Part shown: positions 10,331-19,665 of the stretch, piece after piece | Layout: each line of letters begins with the position of its first letter | How positions within the stretch are numbered: position 1 is the stretch's first letter | From: Acutalibacteraceae bacterium | Lineage (GTDB): Bacteria > Bacillota > Clostridia > Oscillospirales > Acutalibacteraceae | Assembly: GCA_045590855.1 (NCBI GenBank) | Contig: JAZNRV010000077.1 | Span: 2,693-66,692 of the forward strand | Direction: 5' to 3' | DNA length: 64,000 bases | The notes under the pieces: generated by a model | What the model was told of the DNA's origin: nothing | What the model saw: the letters and a program-made list of their open reading frames with translations, nothing else | The model's database searches: none | Translations under genes and position numbers: made by a program

Positions 10331-11542
10331 ATGAAATTTAAAAAATTTGCTTGCGGTATTGCCGCCGTTCTTTTGACGGTGTCGTGCCTGTTTGCCGGTG
10401 GCTGTTCTACACCCGACGTTGCTTTAACCGTAGACGGCAAAGTTTACGAGATGGGCGATTACTTAGCGTATATGTACGCCACCATGTTCACCGACCAACA
10501 ATCCTATTTATACCTATCTTATTACGGCGAAGATGCTTTGTCGCAAAAAGTAACGTATGGTGAAGACGCCAAAGAAATGACGTTGAAAGAATATATCATC
10601 CAAACCACTAAGGATGCCATGATTCGTCAAAAGGCTTTGGAAAATTTGATGGCAAAATACTCTATCAAATGGGAAGCCGACGAAGTCAAAAAATTAGAAG
10701 AAGACGTTGCTAAACTCAGCAAAGACCAATTCCTCTCTTTTGGTTTCACCAACGAGCGCTATATTAATATGTATAAAGCAGTATCGCTTAACGAATCCAC
10801 CTTGTTCACCGGCTTGTACGATGACGGCGGCTTGCGTGAGGTTTCCGATGCTGACGAACGCAAATATTTTGACGAAAAATATTTGAGCTATAAAATCATT
10901 GAATTTTCATTAATGGATGACAAAGGCGCTGCCCTGAGCGATGCCGAAACGGAAAAAATCAATAAGCAGCTGCAAGGGTATTTGGACGCCTTCAACAAAA
11001 CGGACAAAACCGGTGCCGGCTTTGACGAAGTGTATCGTCAATATTTAAAAGATACCAAAAAAGAAGACACAACAACAACAACAACAACAACTACTACCAC
11101 AACAACTACAACAACTACTACCACAGCGGCAACAACCACTACAACCACCGCAGCCGGTAACAAAGAAGAGGATAAAACCACCACCGATAAAGAGGAAGAA
11201 AAGTTAGAAACGGCTACTCGCAACGATGTGGTAATCGACCAAACCATTACGGATGAAGAGTTAATTAAAGCCATTCAATCCTTAAAAGAAGGCGAAGCTG
11301 CCATCAAAACCTACAAAGCAAACGGCACAACCAAAAAGGCTGCTTTGATTTTGCGTATGGACCCGGAAGCAGAACGCGAAAAAGATGTGGACTACTACAA
11401 AGACAGCCATCAACAAACGCTGCAATTTATGAAATACGAAGAATTTGACAAAGAAGTAAAAGAAACCGCCGCCGAACTTTTGAAAACAGCCGTGTTTAAC
11501 AACCGTGCCATCAAAGCCGGGGACCCCGCACAAATGATATAA
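10331..11542 (+). CDS. secreted lipoprotein, SurA-N/PrsA-like chaperone-type N-terminal region, with poly-Thr linker
   Basis: Signal peptide plus lipobox LFAGGC. LTVDGKVYEMGDYLAYMY resembles the SurA N-terminal/PrsA family. 19 consecutive Thr then AATTTTTTAAG. No parvulin motif recognised. Confidence 0.8.
   Translation: MKFKKFACGIAAVLLTVSCLFAGGCSTPDVALTVDGKVYEMGDYLAYMYATMFTDQQSYLYLSYYGEDALSQKVTYGEDAKEMTLKEYIIQTTKDAMIRQKALENLMAKYSIKWEADEVKKLEEDVAKLSKDQFLSFGFTNERYINMYKAVSLNESTLFTGLYDDGGLREVSDADERKYFDEKYLSYKIIEFSLMDDKGAALSDAETEKINKQLQGYLDAFNKTDKTGAGFDEVYRQYLKDTKKEDTTTTTTTTTTTTTTTTTTTAATTTTTTAAGNKEEDKTTTDKEEEKLETATRNDVVIDQTITDEELIKAIQSLKEGEAAIKTYKANGTTKKAALILRMDPEAEREKDVDYYKDSHQQTLQFMKYEEFDKEVKETAAELLKTAVFNNRAIKAGDPAQMI
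11067..11150 (+). repeat. (ACN)n trinucleotide tract encoding poly-Thr, starting with pure (ACA)7
   Basis: acaacaacaacaacaacaaca actactaccacaacaactaca... Confidence 0.9.
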
Positions 11543-11550
11543 CCATTTAC

Positions 11551-11587
11551 AAAAACCCGCGGAGGAATATTCCTCGGCGGTTTTTTT
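11551..11587. terminator. bidirectional rho-independent terminator between convergent genes
   Basis: AAAAA-CCGCGGAGGA-ATAT-TCCTCGGCGG-TTTTTTT (9/10 bp stem). Confidence 0.75.
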
Positions 11588-11598
11588 GTTGTTCGGAT

Positions 11599-12852
11599 TT
11601 ACTCGGCTACGGCAGCCGTTGTTGTAGCAACAGACGTTGCTACGGTAGTGCTTGTATTGTTCAGCGATACGTAGTTGCTGTTTTTCAGTAACGTAATCGC
11701 CTTTTGTAACTGTGTATCTTCTTCTGCTGTCAGCAAATCAAAACGGCTTTGCAACTCATACGGTAAATCCACCGTTTGGTTGGGATACACACCGGTGTTT
11801 TGCCAACTTTCTCCGCTTTGGATACAATACAGCGTACCGGTTGACAACCGCACAGCGCCTTTGTCGGAAGCAACGGAAAAATACTCTTGCATAACGGCTT
11901 TACCCTGTGTGGAGGTGCCGACGACAGTTGTTTTTTTCAAGTCTTGTAACACTGCCGCCAACAGTTCTGCCTCGCCCACCGTATTGCCGTTTACCAGCGT
12001 TACCGTAGGCACGGACAGTTCATAGTTATCCGTTGCGGAAAGAACTGTTTTCTCGCCTTTTTTTTCGCACGAAACATAGGGGCCACGGGGCAGCAAATAG
12101 TCCAAAATTTCAGTTGCCGCTTCCCATTGTCCACCGGCATTGTTGCGCACGTCAAAAACAAAGTATAAGGCACCCTGCTGTGTCAGTTGATTGTAAACGT
12201 TTTTAAACTGCAACGCGGTAAGAGCATTAAACTCACTGATTCGAATATGCCCCACCGTATCTTGTAACAACTCGCCGCTAACACTTACCACAGAATAGGT
12301 ATTGGCCACCAGTTCGTCTGTTTCGGATTGACCGGCTTGTTCAACGGTTATCAGCACTTTTTCTTGACTGTTCAGCGCGGCTTGTACCGTAGCAAATGAG
12401 GAACCGGTCACCGCCTCTTCCCCTATCTTTGTCACGACCGCACCTTTTTTAATGCCTGCCAAAGCAGCGGGCGAGTTTTCGTCAACTGCTGTTATCGTTA
12501 CACGGTTATCGTCTACGGTAACTTCCAAACCAAAACCGGTACGATTTCCCGCTAATTTATTCTGTGTTTCTTGGTAAGTTGCGGGAGGGAGATATTCCGC
12601 GTAAGTGTCACCCAAACCGTTGATATATCCTTTTGCTAACGCTGCACGTAATTTTTCCTCGTCCATTGTGTAATGCTTTCGGGCAGCGGAATCGATTTCA
12701 TCAATGTAATCGTACATAGCTTGCCGTTGACCTACATCACTAACCAAGGAACTAAAATGCCGCATAGCCAACATCATGGTTGCGGAAACCGTGATGGCGA
12801 CCGCCAAGAATATCAAGGACAGTGCAACACCGAGAGAAACTTTTTTGTTCAC
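11599..12852 (-). CDS. S41-family C-terminal processing (tail-specific) peptidase with PDZ domain
   Basis: N-terminal TM, PDZ-like GLEVTVDDNRVTITAVDENSPAALAGIKKGAVVTKI, S41 core VNGNTVGEAELLAAVLQD. Thr/Ala-rich tail. Sits in the ftsEX-M23 cluster. Confidence 0.85.
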   Translation of the reverse strand: MNKKVSLGVALSLIFLAVAITVSATMMLAMRHFSSLVSDVGQRQAMYDYIDEIDSAARKHYTMDEEKLRAALAKGYINGLGDTYAEYLPPATYQETQNKLAGNRTGFGLEVTVDDNRVTITAVDENSPAALAGIKKGAVVTKIGEEAVTGSSFATVQAALNSQEKVLITVEQAGQSETDELVANTYSVVSVSGELLQDTVGHIRISEFNALTALQFKNVYNQLTQQGALYFVFDVRNNAGGQWEAATEILDYLLPRGPYVSCEKKGEKTVLSATDNYELSVPTVTLVNGNTVGEAELLAAVLQDLKKTTVVGTSTQGKAVMQEYFSVASDKGAVRLSTGTLYCIQSGESWQNTGVYPNQTVDLPYELQSRFDLLTAEEDTQLQKAITLLKNSNYVSLNNTSTTVATSVATTTAAVAE

Positions 12853-12872
12853 TTTTTCTCACCCGCTCGTTT

Positions 12873-14090
12873 TTATTTAGGGCAAACAATGTAACCATTT
12901 TTTACAGCATCTACACGAACACCGTCAACACGGACTTCAAAATGCAAGTGAGCGCCATAAGAGTTACCGGTATTACCAATTACACCGACTTGCGTTTGTC
13001 CCCCGACAACTTTTTGGCCTACTGTTACGCTGGGGACATACCGCATATGAGCGTACAAGGTAACAATGCGACGACCCTTGGCGTCCAAGCCATGGTCTAT
13101 CATGCAGAAATTTCCGTAACTGTAATGCAATTTTTGCACCTTGATAACCGTACCGCTCGCCGCAGCAATAATGGGTTCGCCCAAAGAACGACCGTTAGAA
13201 ATATCCGTACCGCCGTGCGAACCACTGCCGCGTTTGCCAAAACCGGAAGAGATACGCTTTACCGTCGGTGTCGGCCAAAACATCGAACCGCCATAAGTAT
13301 CGCTGGGTGGTGTGCCGTTGAGCAATGCCGCAATTTCGCGGTCTAACTCATCCTCGGATTTTTTCACCGCTGCCAAGCGCTTTTCGTAGGTGTTTTGTTT
13401 TCTTTCCAAGGCATCTCGTTTGTTTTGTGCTTCTTTGTATAACTTGTCCAAAGAAGAAAACTGTTTGTCCAAACCGCCTTTAAGCGAGAGCAGTTCATCC
13501 TTAGCTGCTTGGGTCGCGGCTTTTTCCTCTTCTACTTGCGTTTTTTTGACGGTGATTGCCGCTTTTTCTTGTTCTGCTTTGTCACATAACGCTTTATCGT
13601 GTGCCGAAACCGACTCGATTACCTTTGATTTTAGCAAATAGTCCGTATAGTTTTCCATGCTCATCAACAACTGAAAATCGGAATAGTTGCCCGTTTTGGT
13701 AATGGCTTTTAATCGTTTTTTCAGTTTAAGCATAATCGCGGCTAATTCTTGTTCTTTTGCCGTGATTTCGTTGTTCAGTTGTGCAATTTTTTTGTCTTGC
13801 TCGGCAATTTGCTTATCAACAGCATTAATTTGACTTTTATACGTATCAATCTGGGCTTCCAAATTGCTAATCTTTTTAATCAGTTGATTGACTTCTGCTT
13901 GTTGGTCTTCGATGCTGTCTCCCAATTTGCTGAGCGACGCTTCGATTTCCTTTTGTTCTTGCTGTAATTTTTCCAACTCGTTACGCTTATCTTCTATCGT
14001 ATCAGCAGAAACCGAAAGCGAAAAAAAGCAAGTCAAAAACAGTGTCACCACTGCGCAAACAGCGGTAAACCGTTGTAATATCTTACGCAT
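12873..14090 (-). CDS. M23 family metallopeptidase with long N-terminal coiled coil (EnvC/PcsB-like FtsEX partner)
   Basis: Signal/TM, about 250 aa of heptad-rich coiled coil, then an M23 domain with intact HGGTD (HxxxD) and AHLHFE (HxH). Start trimmed to MRKILQRF (GGAGG SD). Confidence 0.88.
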   Translation of the reverse strand: MRKILQRFTAVCAVVTLFLTCFFSLSVSADTIEDKRNELEKLQQEQKEIEASLSKLGDSIEDQQAEVNQLIKKISNLEAQIDTYKSQINAVDKQIAEQDKKIAQLNNEITAKEQELAAIMLKLKKRLKAITKTGNYSDFQLLMSMENYTDYLLKSKVIESVSAHDKALCDKAEQEKAAITVKKTQVEEEKAATQAAKDELLSLKGGLDKQFSSLDKLYKEAQNKRDALERKQNTYEKRLAAVKKSEDELDREIAALLNGTPPSDTYGGSMFWPTPTVKRISSGFGKRGSGSHGGTDISNGRSLGEPIIAAASGTVIKVQKLHYSYGNFCMIDHGLDAKGRRIVTLYAHMRYVPSVTVGQKVVGGQTQVGVIGNTGNSYGAHLHFEVRVDGVRVDAVKNGYIVCPK

Positions 14091-14145
14091 CGTATGTAGT
14101 CCTCCTGTTTTTTTACAAACAACCACGTGTTATCCTACTGCGTTC

Positions 14146-15030
14146 TTATGCCGTGTGTTCTTTTAAGTATCGACCGGTCGATATCGTACTGCCCAACATA
14201 CCAATGAGCGTGCCGCCTACTGCGAATCCCAACAACAACTGCCACCATACATCCGCAAAAGACAACAAACTGAAATTGGCACCAAAAGTGAAGTTGTTAC
14301 CTAACAAGACGTACAGCACAAACACCAGTCCGTAAGAAAGTATTGCGGCAATACACCCGAGCATAACGCCTTCCACCATAAACGGGAAGCGAATAAAGGA
14401 ATGGGTTGCCCCCACCGAACGCATAATAGAAATTTCCAGACGGCGGCTATATACTGTCAGTTTAATCGTGTTTGCAATAATAAACAGCGAAACAACCAAC
14501 AGCAATGCAATCACCCAACTGCCCACCGTCAATACGGTGTTGCGAATTTTAACAAGTGATTTGGAAAGCGCTTGGTTAGAATCTACCGTTTCAATGCCGG
14601 CAACACCCTTGATAGAGGCTACCGTGTGGTCAAACAACGAAAGGTCTTTAAAACTAACCACAAACGCGTCTTGCAAAGGATTGTCGTTTTCCAAATCTTC
14701 TAACAGTTCACCAAACTGTTCTTGATAACGATGTAACAAATCCTCCTTGGAAATAAACGACACATCCGCCACGTTGTCCATTGCTTTGAGTGTTTGTTGT
14801 ATGGTATTGGTTTGTTCATCCGTGGCAGAAGAGTCGGCGTATGCTACCACCACGTTTTGCTGATATGCCCATTCAAAACCATGCTCAACATTTTCGTACA
14901 CCAAATAGGCACTACCCGTCAGCAACAGGCACGATACCAACACCAAAACCGACGCCATGGTCATAAAAGCGTTTTGGAATAAGTTGCGAAACCCTTCTTT
15001 TATCAAATAGCGAAATGTATCAATCTTCAT
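14146..15030 (-). CDS. ftsX: cell division permease-like protein FtsX
   Basis: MKIDTFRYLIKEGFRNLFQN..., 4 TM plus extracellular loop. AAGGAGG SD. Start trimmed; overlaps the ftsE end by 11 nt. Confidence 0.9.
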   Translation of the reverse strand: MKIDTFRYLIKEGFRNLFQNAFMTMASVLVLVSCLLLTGSAYLVYENVEHGFEWAYQQNVVVAYADSSATDEQTNTIQQTLKAMDNVADVSFISKEDLLHRYQEQFGELLEDLENDNPLQDAFVVSFKDLSLFDHTVASIKGVAGIETVDSNQALSKSLVKIRNTVLTVGSWVIALLLVVSLFIIANTIKLTVYSRRLEISIMRSVGATHSFIRFPFMVEGVMLGCIAAILSYGLVFVLYVLLGNNFTFGANFSLLSFADVWWQLLLGFAVGGTLIGMLGSTISTGRYLKEHTA

Positions 15031-15700
15031 GACGGGCCTCCTTACTGTCCGAAACCACAAGACCGTCTTTGATTTCAATCACGCGACGGTTAAAAGACTT
15101 GACCAAATCGTGGTCATGAGTAACCACCAAAATCGTCGTGCCGCGACGATTGATTTCGGTCAGCAATTCCATGATTTCATAAGACATGGCGGGGTCAATG
15201 TTGCCGGTCGGTTCATCGGCAATAATCAACGAGGGATTGTTGACAAGTGCTCTGGCCAAACCGACACGTTGTTGCTCACCGCCCGAAAGTTCGGTAGGAT
15301 AACTTTTGCTTTTGTCTTGCAATCCGACCAATCCCAAAATATACGGCACGCGATGGCGAATTTCACGATGAGAAGCACCTACCACACGCATGGCAAACGC
15401 CACGTTATCGTACACCGTCATGGTATCAATCAGGCGGAAATCCTGAAACACAATACCCATGGCACGGCGCAAATACGGAATTTGGCGGCTTTTGAGTTTG
15501 GATAACTTAAAATTACCAACAACCACTTCGCCGGAAGATGCCACCTCTTCGCGCATAATCAATTTCAAAAACGTACTTTTACCGGCACCGGAAGCACCGA
15601 CGATAAAGACAAACTCACCATCATCAATGGTGACATCAATACCGCGCAACGCTTCACTGCCCAGGTCGTATGTTTTATGTACATCTCGAAACTCTATCAA
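15020..15700 (-). CDS. ftsE: cell division ATP-binding protein FtsE
   Basis: Walker A GASGAGKST, signature LSGGEQQR, Walker B LIIADEPT. Confidence 0.93.
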   Translation of the reverse strand: MIEFRDVHKTYDLGSEALRGIDVTIDDGEFVFIVGASGAGKSTFLKLIMREEVASSGEVVVGNFKLSKLKSRQIPYLRRAMGIVFQDFRLIDTMTVYDNVAFAMRVVGASHREIRHRVPYILGLVGLQDKSKSYPTELSGGEQQRVGLARALVNNPSLIIADEPTGNIDPAMSYEIMELLTEINRRGTTILVVTHDHDLVKSFNRRVIEIKDGLVVSDSKEARHED

Positions 15701-15791
15701 TTAAGCCAACCTCCTTGCCGCTCATCAGCAATATACTGCTATCATACCGTGAATTGCCTTTTCTGGCAACGCACAGATATTGGAAATCTAC

Positions 15792-15823
15792 AAAAAATGC
15801 CTCAATCACACGATTGAGGCATT
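15792..15823 (-). terminator. rho-independent terminator after the PucR-family gene
   Basis: Minus strand AATGCCTCAATC-GTGT-GATTGAGGCATT followed by TTTTTT. Confidence 0.8.
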
Positions 15824-15833
15824 CCCCAAACAT

Positions 15834-16934
15834 TTAATATTTTACCGGATGTGCCATCAAATATTTTTTGACCATTAACGCCACTTTAAAGACAATGGCA
15901 TCATCAAATTCCCGCAAATCCAAGCCGGTAAGACGTTTGATTTTTTCCAAACGATACACCAACGTGTTGCGGTGCACAAACAATTTGCGCGACGTTTCCG
16001 AAACGTTCAAGTTGTTTTCAAAGAAACGTTGGATGGTAAACAACGTTTCTTGGTCCAAAGAATCAATCGAACCGCGTTTGAACACTTCGCGTAAGAACAT
16101 ATCGCAAAGCGTGGTGGGCAACTGATAAATCAAACGGGCAATGCCTAAATTGTCGTAACTGACAATGGTTTTTTCGGTGTCAAATACTTTGCCGACTTCC
16201 AAAGCCACTTGTGCTTCTTTGAAAGAGCGAGCCAATTCTTTGATGCCTTCCACGGCCGTGCCGATACCCACGTTGATTTGCGTGTAAAATTCGCTACCCA
16301 ACGTGTCGGCAATGGATTGCGCCAGTTTTTCCAAATCTTTGGATTCCACATGGGAACGCAATTCTTTAACAACGGCGATATCGGTTTCGTTAATGTTGAT
16401 AACGAAATCTTTGTTCTTTTCGGGGAACAAGTTTTGAATGACATCAAACGCCGAAATTTCCGACGGGGTTTGAATGTGAACCAACAACACCACGCGGCTG
16501 ACATCGCTGTTAAAATGCAGTTCGCGCGCTTTTAAATAAATGTCACCGGGTAAAATGTTATCCAAAATAATGTTTTTGACAAAATTGCCGCGGTCATATT
16601 TTTCGTCATAATACTGTTTGACGTTGCTGAGCGAAATCGCCAACAGTTCCGCATACGTCACCGCTTGTTCATCAATGCCTTCCACAAACACGGTATACGT
16701 GCTGCTCGACAAATTGCCAATGGTTTTGTACGTGTAACCGTTATGAGAAAAAACTTCCTGTGAAGAATAAAATTCCTGAGACAGCGGTTCGCAAACTTCA
16801 CCCATGCGTCCCAAATCACTGCATGCCACCACGGCGTATGTTTCGTCCAACACACCGATGGTGCGGTGAATAACATCCTTCATTTGGTTAATGATTCCTA
16901 AAAACAAACGATTTGGCATAACTATACCCCTCAT
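15834..16934 (-). CDS. PucR/CdaR-family transcriptional regulator
   Basis: C-terminal HTH VSETSRKLFVHRNTLVYRLEKIKRLTGLDLREFDD typical of PucR C-terminal domains; CdaR-like length. Confidence 0.8.
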   Translation of the reverse strand: MRGIVMPNRLFLGIINQMKDVIHRTIGVLDETYAVVACSDLGRMGEVCEPLSQEFYSSQEVFSHNGYTYKTIGNLSSSTYTVFVEGIDEQAVTYAELLAISLSNVKQYYDEKYDRGNFVKNIILDNILPGDIYLKARELHFNSDVSRVVLLVHIQTPSEISAFDVIQNLFPEKNKDFVININETDIAVVKELRSHVESKDLEKLAQSIADTLGSEFYTQINVGIGTAVEGIKELARSFKEAQVALEVGKVFDTEKTIVSYDNLGIARLIYQLPTTLCDMFLREVFKRGSIDSLDQETLFTIQRFFENNLNVSETSRKLFVHRNTLVYRLEKIKRLTGLDLREFDDAIVFKVALMVKKYLMAHPVKY

Positions 16935-16986
16935 TCGTATTTTTTACGGCAAATGCCGGAAAATAAATAAACCTATACACGGTATT

Positions 16987-17015
16987 ATTTTACACGGTTT
17001 TTGTACATTTTTCAA
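16987..17015 (-). promoter_or_regulatory. sigma-A-type promoter for the PucR-family gene
   Basis: Minus strand TTGAAA, 17 nt spacer, TAAAAT. Confidence 0.45.
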
Positions 17016-17076
17016 GTAAAATTGAAAAAAATATCCACATTTTCTACAAACTCATAGGCTTTTTGCCGAAAAACGG

Positions 17077-17111
17077 CAAAAAAACGCCGCACAGAAAATC
17101 TGTACGGCGTT
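17077..17111 (-). terminator. rho-independent terminator after the ABC ATPase gene
   Basis: AACGCCGTACAG-ATTTT-CTGTGCGGCGTT plus T-run on the minus strand. Confidence 0.8.
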
Positions 17112-17123
17112 AGTGTCAGGAGT

Positions 17124-18266
17124 TTAGTTTGCGATGGTCTTTTCGGTTTCTTTGTCGAACAAGTGAATCTTGGTGTTGTCAAGAACCATGTCGATTTCAT
17201 CGCTCGGACGAGCGGTGGAAGTGGGTTCTACGCGAGCAGTCAAGCTGCTGCCTTCTACATTGACATACAAGAAGATTTCGGAACCCATCATTTCGGTCAC
17301 TTCTACCTTGGCGCGCATTTTGCAGTCGGCAAAGGCTTCCAAGTGACGTGCTTCGTCGTGAACGTCTTCCGGACGGATACCCAAAATGACTTCTTTGTCA
17401 ACATATTCTTCCAAAATACCGTTGGGGTTTTTGGATTCCGGCAACGGAATGTTGTATTTGATGCCTTTTTTGGTTTTGGTATCTTCCGAGCCGAAACGAG
17501 CAAAGAATTTGCCGTCTTCCTTCACGATGGTGGCATCGATGAAGTTCATTTGCGGGCTGCCGATAAAGCCGGCAACAAACATGTTGTTCGGCGTGCAATA
17601 CAAGTTGTTCGGAGAATCGACTTGTTGAATCAAACCGTCTTTCATAACCACGATACGGTCACCCATGGTCATAGCTTCGGTTTGGTCGTGGGTAACGTAA
17701 ATAAACGTGGTACCGAGTTTTTGGTGCAATTTGGAAATTTCCGTTCTCATTTGAGCACGCAATTTAGCGTCCAAGTTGGAGAGCGGTTCGTCGAGCAAGA
17801 AGACCTTGGGTTCACGCACGATGGCACGACCGAGCGCCACACGTTGGCGTTGACCGCCGGACAAAGCCTTCGGTTTTCTGTCGAGCAAGTGAGCGATATC
17901 CAAAATGCGGGCAGCTTCTTCCACGCGGCGTTTGATTTCGTCTTTGGGAGTTTTGCGAAGTTTCAAACCGAATGCCATGTTTTCAAACACGGTCATGTGC
18001 GGGTACAAAGCGTAGTTTTGGAACACCATGGCGATATCGCGGTCTTTGGGAGCCACGTCGTTTACTAAGCGGTCGCCGATGTACATTTCACCGCTGGAGA
18101 TTTCTTCCAAACCGGCAATCATACGCAACGTGGTAGATTTACCGCAACCGGAAGGACCAACCAAGATGATGAATTCTTTATCCTTGATTTCCAAGTTGAA
18201 ATCGGAAACAGCGGTAACACCGCCCGGATATTTTTTGTAAATGTTTTTCAAAGATAAACTTGCCAT
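17124..18266 (-). CDS. sugar ABC transporter ATP-binding protein, MsmX/MalK/UgpC type (no adjacent permease genes)
   Basis: [16 protein letters not shown]..., [33 protein letters not shown]-terminal MalK-like regulatory domain. Start trimmed to ATG 18266. Confidence 0.9.
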   Translation of the reverse strand: MASLSLKNIYKKYPGGVTAVSDFNLEIKDKEFIILVGPSGCGKSTTLRMIAGLEEISSGEMYIGDRLVNDVAPKDRDIAMVFQNYALYPHMTVFENMAFGLKLRKTPKDEIKRRVEEAARILDIAHLLDRKPKALSGGQRQRVALGRAIVREPKVFLLDEPLSNLDAKLRAQMRTEISKLHQKLGTTFIYVTHDQTEAMTMGDRIVVMKDGLIQQVDSPNNLYCTPNNMFVAGFIGSPQMNFIDATIVKEDGKFFARFGSEDTKTKKGIKYNIPLPESKNPNGILEEYVDKEVILGIRPEDVHDEARHLEAFADCKMRAKVEVTEMMGSEIFLYVNVEGSSLTARVEPTSTARPSDEIDMVLDNTKIHLFDKETEKTIAN

Positions 18267-18421
18267 TTCATGACCTCCACATTTTTTGCCGTAGGGCAAC
18301 CTTTGGTTAAACCTATCTTTTTACTATGCTTTCCCAATTCTAACAAATTTTATCGGAAAATACCATTCCCAATATTCACAAAGTTTTATTGTCTTCTTTG
18401 TTGCAGTTGAACAGAATTTGT

Positions 18422-19135
18422 TCACACGGTAAACAAACTAATCTCTTTCTCGGTCAGCGGTCGGCTTTCGCCCTCACTCAACCGTTCATCCAAGACCAGT
18501 TCGCCAATGGATACTCGTTTAAGCCAAACCACGCCGCGGTCCAGCACACCAAACATTCTTTTGATTTGGTGATACCGTCCTTCGGTGATATGCACTTGCG
18601 CTAACGGTTGTTCACCCGGTTCCAAAACTTCAAGTTTTGCCGAACGACAAACGGTGCCGTCTGCCAAGGTGATGCCTTGTTCAAATTGTCGGCAATGTTC
18701 CTCGGTGAGCGGGGCGTCCAACCGTACCAAATACCGCTTGTATATTTGGTTTTTGGGTGACAGCAAACGGTGCGCTAATTCACCGTCATCAGTAAGCAAC
18801 ACCAACCCCACCGTATCTTTATCCAAACGTCCTGCCGGGAACAACCCTTTTCGCTTAAATTCATTGGGCAAAAGGTCCACCACTGTTTTTACTTTTGGGT
18901 CGCGGGAAACACACAAAACGCCCGACGGTTTGTTCATCATCAAATAGGCAAAGCGTTGATACATAAGCGGTGTGCCCTCGACGGTGATGCTTTGCGTTTG
19001 TGCATCCACTTTTTGCGACGGGTCACGACAAACCGCCGCATCCACCGTTACGCGACCACTGCGAATCAGTTTGACCGTATCGCGGCGGCTGCGTGTACCT
19101 TGTGAAGCAATCAGTTTGTCAAGACGTTGTAACAT
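18422..19135 (-). CDS. RsuA/RluB-family rRNA pseudouridine synthase
   Basis: S4 domain (RLDKLIASQGTRSRRDTVKLIRSGRVTVD) plus catalytic GRLDKDTVGLVLLTDDG. Confidence 0.9.
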   Translation of the reverse strand: MLQRLDKLIASQGTRSRRDTVKLIRSGRVTVDAAVCRDPSQKVDAQTQSITVEGTPLMYQRFAYLMMNKPSGVLCVSRDPKVKTVVDLLPNEFKRKGLFPAGRLDKDTVGLVLLTDDGELAHRLLSPKNQIYKRYLVRLDAPLTEEHCRQFEQGITLADGTVCRSAKLEVLEPGEQPLAQVHITEGRYHQIKRMFGVLDRGVVWLKRVSIGELVLDERLSEGESRPLTEKEISLFTV

Positions 19136-19154
19136 CGTAATAATTCCTTTTTTG

Positions 19155-19616
19155 TTATTTTGATTTTTCTGTCAGCGGCAAGCAAAATCCCTCGGCACGT
19201 TCGGACATGATATCCCCTGCAACAATGCGGTCACGGTAGACATATATGTGCGCCGTTGCCGCTTCGGCAGCGTTAAGAATGGGGTAAGTGTACAACCGCA
19301 CACGTTTGCCGTAATACGGTTCCAAAGACATTTTTGCTTTTTGTTGCACGGTTTCGTATTGCAACAACGTTTCGTCTGCTTCGTCCGGCAAACGAATTTC
19401 TTGCACTTCTTCCCTTTCGCCTACTTCGTACCCCAGGTTCTTCAAAAAAGCCACTCTTTGCTGTGTTGTTTCGGCTTTTTTGACAGCAGCAGACACGGGG
19501 ACTTGTTCCATGGCAGGTGCAGCAATCATTGCGACTGTTGCAAACAATGCCACCAACAAAAAAACCGCCACCGATACCAGTTGCCGACGACCGGCTTTTA
19601 CCGACAATACAAACAT
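19155..19616 (-). CDS. membrane-anchored hypothetical protein (DUF4830-like)
   Basis: One N-terminal TM; ...FLKNLGYEV...EIRLPDE...YQ resembles DUF4830 (recalled, not searched). AAAGGAG SD 8 nt before ATG 19616. Confidence 0.6.
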   Translation of the reverse strand: MFVLSVKAGRRQLVSVAVFLLVALFATVAMIAAPAMEQVPVSAAVKKAETTQQRVAFLKNLGYEVGEREEVQEIRLPDEADETLLQYETVQQKAKMSLEPYYGKRVRLYTYPILNAAEAATAHIYVYRDRIVAGDIMSERAEGFCLPLTEKSK

Positions 19617-19665
19617 AGCACACACTCCTTTATGTGCTATGTTTATTCGGCAACTGCAAAAAATA

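Noticed and set aside
11038-11274. Regularly repeating ACN/GTT units (also at 57300-57480 and 60330-60380) checked as a possible CRISPR or tandem array.
   Set aside because: These are in-frame Thr codon tracts inside well-supported lipoprotein genes. There is no repeat-spacer organisation.
18300-18421. Hairpin GTGAACA-AATTC-TGTTCA downstream of the pseudouridine synthase gene, and possible cre or promoter motifs upstream of the ABC ATPase.
   Set aside because: The stem is weak with no T-tract, and no -35/-10 pair with acceptable spacing could be found. This is not enough support to annotate.
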